Under the pieces are notes generated by a model that was not told the DNA's origin, did not search any database, and was given only the letters and a program-made list of their open reading frames with translations. Below, one piece after another: positions 60,389 to 64,000 of a stretch of 64,000 bases of DNA. The DNA comes from a bacterium (GTDB taxonomy: Bacteria; Electryoneota; Electryoneia; Electryoneales; Electryoneaceae). The position numbers and the translations under genes are program-made. Within the stretch, counting starts at the first letter, position 1. Each line of letters starts with the position of its first letter. The stretch covers positions 4,352,001-4,416,000 of the forward strand of contig CAXXKJ010000002.1 in assembly GCA_963675295.2 (NCBI GenBank). Reading direction: 5' to 3'.

Positions 60389-60955
60389 ATGTCGTGGTGG
60401 GCGCTGGGTGCGCTGGCGGTGGCGTTGGGGATGGACGCGTTCGCGGTGGCGGTCGCGGCGGGGATGGGACCGTTTCCGGTAACCCGTCGGCGTCTGTTCC
60501 GGCTGGCGTTCCATTTCGGCCTGTTCCAGGCGTTGATGCCGGTGATCGGGTGGTTCGCGGGAACGTGGATTCGTGTCATCATCATGGCATGGGATCACTG
60601 GATCGCGTTCGGTCTGCTGCTGTTCATCGGCGTACGGATGATCTACGAAGCGTTGCAGCCGGACGAGGGCCGCCACAAGCAGCATGACCCGACGAAGGGC
60701 TGGGACCTTGTGCTGCTTTCGGTCGCGACCAGCATTGACGCGCTGGCGGTGGGGATAAGCCTTGCGTTGGTCGGAACGACGATTGTGACACCGTCGATTG
60801 TGATTGGTGTCGTGGCGGCGGCAATGACGTTGACCGGGATGCTGCTCGGTGGACGGATTCCATTCCTGACCGGTCCCCGGATCGGTGTGGTCGCGGGGCT
60901 GGTGCTGATCGGGATCGGGCTGAAGATACTGGTGCAGGATTTGATCGGGATGTGA
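60389..60955 (+). CDS. mntP: Manganese efflux pump MntP family
   Basis: ALGMDAFAV, FGLFQALMP, WDHWIAF and ATSIDALAVG motifs. Confidence 0.93.
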   Translation: MSWWALGALAVALGMDAFAVAVAAGMGPFPVTRRRLFRLAFHFGLFQALMPVIGWFAGTWIRVIIMAWDHWIAFGLLLFIGVRMIYEALQPDEGRHKQHDPTKGWDLVLLSVATSIDALAVGISLALVGTTIVTPSIVIGVVAAAMTLTGMLLGGRIPFLTGPRIGVVAGLVLIGIGLKILVQDLIGM

Positions 60956-60960
60956 TTGGT

Positions 60961-61065
60961 TGGGCTGTGGGCTGTGGGCTGTGGGCTGTGGGCTGTGGGC
61001 TGTGGGCTGTGGGCTGTGGGCTGTGGGCTGTGGGCTGTGGATTGCGGATTGCGGATTGCGGATTA
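60961..61065. repeat. Heptamer tandem repeat (TGGGCTG)x11 followed by (YGGATTR)x4
   Basis: Read directly from the sequence. Confidence 0.92.
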
Positions 61066-61389
61066 CGTTTTCTGAAGGTGTGGCCCGGCGTGGTCGGTTT
61101 CAAGTCAGGTATCATGGTGTACCGCAGCTGGATGTGTGATGTGGGACGTGAGATGTGGGGTGTGAGATGAAAAACCGGGGACACATAACGGAGTATGTGT
61201 CCCCAGTTTGGTTTGTATCCGGGTCCATCTGTATCGGGTCTTAACTATACCCGCTTTCGTTTGATGTCCTATCTGTTCCTGTCTGTTCCTGTCTTTTACT
61301 ATTTTTTACTGTCTTTTCCTATCTTTTACTTTCTTTTCCTGTCTTTTACTTCTTTTGCGTCTTTTGCATCTTTTGCATCTTTTGCGTTT

Positions 61390-64000
61390 TTACTTCAACA
61401 GCATCACCTTCTTGACGGCTTCGTGCGGGCCGGCATTGACACGGATGAAGTAGACGCCGGACGCATGCCCGGTAGCATCCCAGACCAGCCGGTGATATCC
61501 CGCCTGACGTGGTTGCCGGTTCGACAGACGCGCGACCTCACGTCCGAGCAGGTCGTACACGGCGACATCCAGTTCCGCCGGTTGCGGCAGTCCGATGCTG
61601 ATCGCGGTGCTCGGGTTGAACGGGTTCGGCCATGGTGGCGCGACCTCGAATTCCGTCGGCAGCGCCAACGAACCTTCAGCCAGGCCGGAGAGATAGGTGG
61701 CGTGCATCGACGAATCGGATTCACCGCCGGCATACATCGCGGTGACCCAGTAGCGTGTGCCTTCCACCCACGGGATCTCATCCGCGTACTCCAGTTCCTC
61801 GGTCTGGGCGACCATCAGGCCGTCCTTGTAGACGCGGTACGCACCGAGGAACTCGTCAATCTCGCCGCCGAAGATCGGCGCGGTCCAGAACAGGTTGGTA
61901 CCGTTGTCGAAGTTGCCGTTCAACTCCTGGTAGTGCACTTCCAGCGGAGTGTCCAGCCGTGTGAGTACAACGTCATCGAGGGTAACGGTCCCGTTGTCCG
62001 GCAGCTCAACCGCCGTCTGGTACACTTCATACCCGTCAACCTCGTACCGGATCAGCGTGTAACCGGGAATGCCCTGGTCGAAGCTGAAGTCCCCCATTGC
62101 GGTGATCGACTGGTTGCCAATGGTGACGGTGACCTCGAGGCCGGCGTTCGGCGGATCGAGCTCGACATGGCCTTCGAGGATGACGGACGGCCGGTAGAAC
62201 AGAATCGCCGATTCCGCCGCGATTGTGTTCGCGTCTTCGTGGTACACGCCATCCTGGAGGATGGTGATACCGATGGTTTCGGTCTCATCCTCGAAGCCGA
62301 CGCTGCATTCCGACGGATCGGTCACCTGCGCGTACTGGAATTTGAACTGTCCCCAGGCACCGTGCTCGTGGAACACCGGGTCGTACAGGATCACCTGGAA
62401 GGTTTCGTACGCCGTGCTCGGGTTGTATTGACGAGTGTCGTACCATTCGGCGATGAACAGACCGTTGTCGGAATCGTAGTAATGCGAGAAGTTTGTTTCC
62501 GCGGCGTACATGTCATCCCAGAACGGTGCGACTGTCGCAGGCGGACCATCAATGCCTGGCAAGGACGAGTTGGAGTAGTCCGCCGGGTCGTCATCACCGG
62601 TGACATCCCCGAAGCAGAAAAAACCGTTTTCGTTGACCGTAATCTGGTCGTAAACGCCGTCATAGTACGGGAAATCGAACGGCAGATCGACCAGTACGGC
62701 GGTCTCTTCTTCCGGGAAGTCGATCGGTGTGCCGGACCCGCCTTCCTGCGGATCGATGCCGATCCAGTCGTACTCCGGCGCGGATGGATGGTTCATGTCA
62801 GATTGCACCGCGACATAGCCGAAATCATCCGGGCCGATGACGTTTGCCTCCGCTTCCGGGTCGAAGATCAGCGTGACGCTCGCGCTGCCGCCGATTTCGA
62901 GGTACACGTTCGCATAGTCAAAGTAATTCCCCTGGTAATCCATCACAACGGTCAGCAGTTCCAGCGCGGGAACGCCCTCGAGCACGAACTGGCCGTTGGT
63001 GTCGGTCGTCGTTATCAGTTCCGGATACTCGTCGATGTACACATCCGCGCCGGGGATCGGTGTCCCGGTCGAGCTTTCGACGATGCCGTCGACGGTGCCG
63101 GTCACACCCGGCTGCATCTCGAGGATCAGCTCGATGTAGCCGGTGCCGTCATCCACCACCCACACCTGCAACGGATGGTAGCCGCCACGGCTTAACTGCA
63201 AGCGAGTGTCACCGTTGAACATGGAGACGATCTCGAAGGAACCGTCCGCAGCGGTTAGCGTGGTTGCGGTGCCGAGGGACGCGTCCAGGCTGAGCAACGC
63301 GTTCGGGATACCCAGCTGCGAGTCCTGATCCCTGACAATACCGGAAACGGTGACCACGCCTTCCTGCAGGGTGACGTTTGCGGCGACGCCGAAGCTCTGC
63401 GGCCCGACGGGAACGTCGGTACCGTTGACCACAAGCATCCACTCACCGGCAGCCGGCGAATTGACCTTGATCTTCTCGACGTTGTCGATGGTGTTTGTGC
63501 CGGGTGTCGCCGGGAAGGTCGGATCGCTGGGATCGAGGATGTACGGGTAACGAACATTCGACGACGGGTCGACCAGCGTCAGGTCGAGGTCGTTGACCAG
63601 CGCAAATTCCGGCAGGTAGCCGCCCGGTACGTCGGACCAAGCGAGGGTGACGTGTAGCTCATCCAGTCCTTCGGGAACCATGAAAGAGTGGGTCACCTGT
63701 TCGTCGTCCAAGACAACACCTTCGAATGTACCGAAGCGCATGACGGTGTCGGCGGCACGTTGCGCGTCAACGCGGCCAAAACCGTAGGTGTAGTCCGGGC
63801 CGGGTGTGCCGAGATCCTCGGCGGTGTTGCAGAGGATCGCTTTGACGGTTTCCGGCAGCGGGAAGGTGTTCGGGTTGATGCGCTGGTGCCACGCCTGCAT
63901 CAGGAGGGCGTTCACCCCGGCGACCGCCGGTGTCGACATGCTGGTGCCGCTCTTGGTGGTGTAGCCGCCACCCAACTCACAGGACGAAACGGCTGAACCC
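61390..64000 (-). CDS. S8 (subtilase) serine peptidase with carboxypeptidase-regulatory-like domains, FN3 and T9SS CTD (5' partial)
   Basis: SGTSMSTP catalytic Ser; YGFGRVDA; LVNDLDL; WPNPFNP CTD. Confidence 0.9.
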   Translation of the reverse strand, partial: GSAVSSCELGGGYTTKSGTSMSTPAVAGVNALLMQAWHQRINPNTFPLPETVKAILCNTAEDLGTPGPDYTYGFGRVDAQRAADTVMRFGTFEGVVLDDEQVTHSFMVPEGLDELHVTLAWSDVPGGYLPEFALVNDLDLTLVDPSSNVRYPYILDPSDPTFPATPGTNTIDNVEKIKVNSPAAGEWMLVVNGTDVPVGPQSFGVAANVTLQEGVVTVSGIVRDQDSQLGIPNALLSLDASLGTATTLTAADGSFEIVSMFNGDTRLQLSRGGYHPLQVWVVDDGTGYIELILEMQPGVTGTVDGIVESSTGTPIPGADVYIDEYPELITTTDTNGQFVLEGVPALELLTVVMDYQGNYFDYANVYLEIGGSASVTLIFDPEAEANVIGPDDFGYVAVQSDMNHPSAPEYDWIGIDPQEGGSGTPIDFPEEETAVLVDLPFDFPYYDGVYDQITVNENGFFCFGDVTGDDDPADYSNSSLPGIDGPPATVAPFWDDMYAAETNFSHYYDSDNGLFIAEWYDTRQYNPSTAYETFQVILYDPVFHEHGAWGQFKFQYAQVTDPSECSVGFEDETETIGITILQDGVYHEDANTIAAESAILFYRPSVILEGHVELDPPNAGLEVTVTIGNQSITAMGDFSFDQGIPGYTLIRYEVDGYEVYQTAVELPDNGTVTLDDVVLTRLDTPLEVHYQELNGNFDNGTNLFWTAPIFGGEIDEFLGAYRVYKDGLMVAQTEELEYADEIPWVEGTRYWVTAMYAGGESDSSMHATYLSGLAEGSLALPTEFEVAPPWPNPFNPSTAISIGLPQPAELDVAVYDLLGREVARLSNRQPRQAGYHRLVWDATGHASGVYFIRVNAGPHEAVKKVMLLK

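Noticed and set aside
60952-61170. ORF with WAVGCGL repeats (and PQPTAHS on the other strand)
   Set aside because: Translation artefact of the TGGGCTG heptamer tract
61265-61390. Pyrimidine-rich 9-bp repeats (tcttttgca/tcttttact) as a gene or array
   Set aside because: Low-complexity tract just after the S8 stop codon, with no further structure evident

Overview
GC-rich bacterial chromosome segment, most likely from an FCB-group lineage. Many proteins end in a 'YPNPFNP...G.YF...K..L.R/K' type IX secretion (T9SS/Por) sorting domain, and genes have Shine-Dalgarno sites. A few minus-strand housekeeping genes (thiolase, hbd, acyl-CoA dehydrogenase, rsgA, MBL hydrolase) are separated by large accessory blocks. 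These blocks include: an array of seven paralogous secreted proteins in which a DUF1080-like domain is inserted inside an FN3 domain; four paralogous secreted proteins divergent from mntP whose promoters carry paired DtxR/MntR-like boxes 77 bp apart; IS30, IS1182 and IS3 elements with resolvable ends; a REP-associated Y1 transposase with its repeat arrays; and a small defence-like island (DUF4231/SLATT, FRG, DUF3800, AT-rich orphans). Several families of palindromic or heptamer repeats are present, some in frame inside genes. The best candidates for undescribed systems are a ~90-nt structured RNA overlapping the DUF3800 stop codon, the putative metal-regulated secreted family, and a ~110-aa domain shared by 14 secreted proteins. 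No rRNA, tRNA or CRISPR array was recognised. All family calls come from motif recognition by eye, not database searches.
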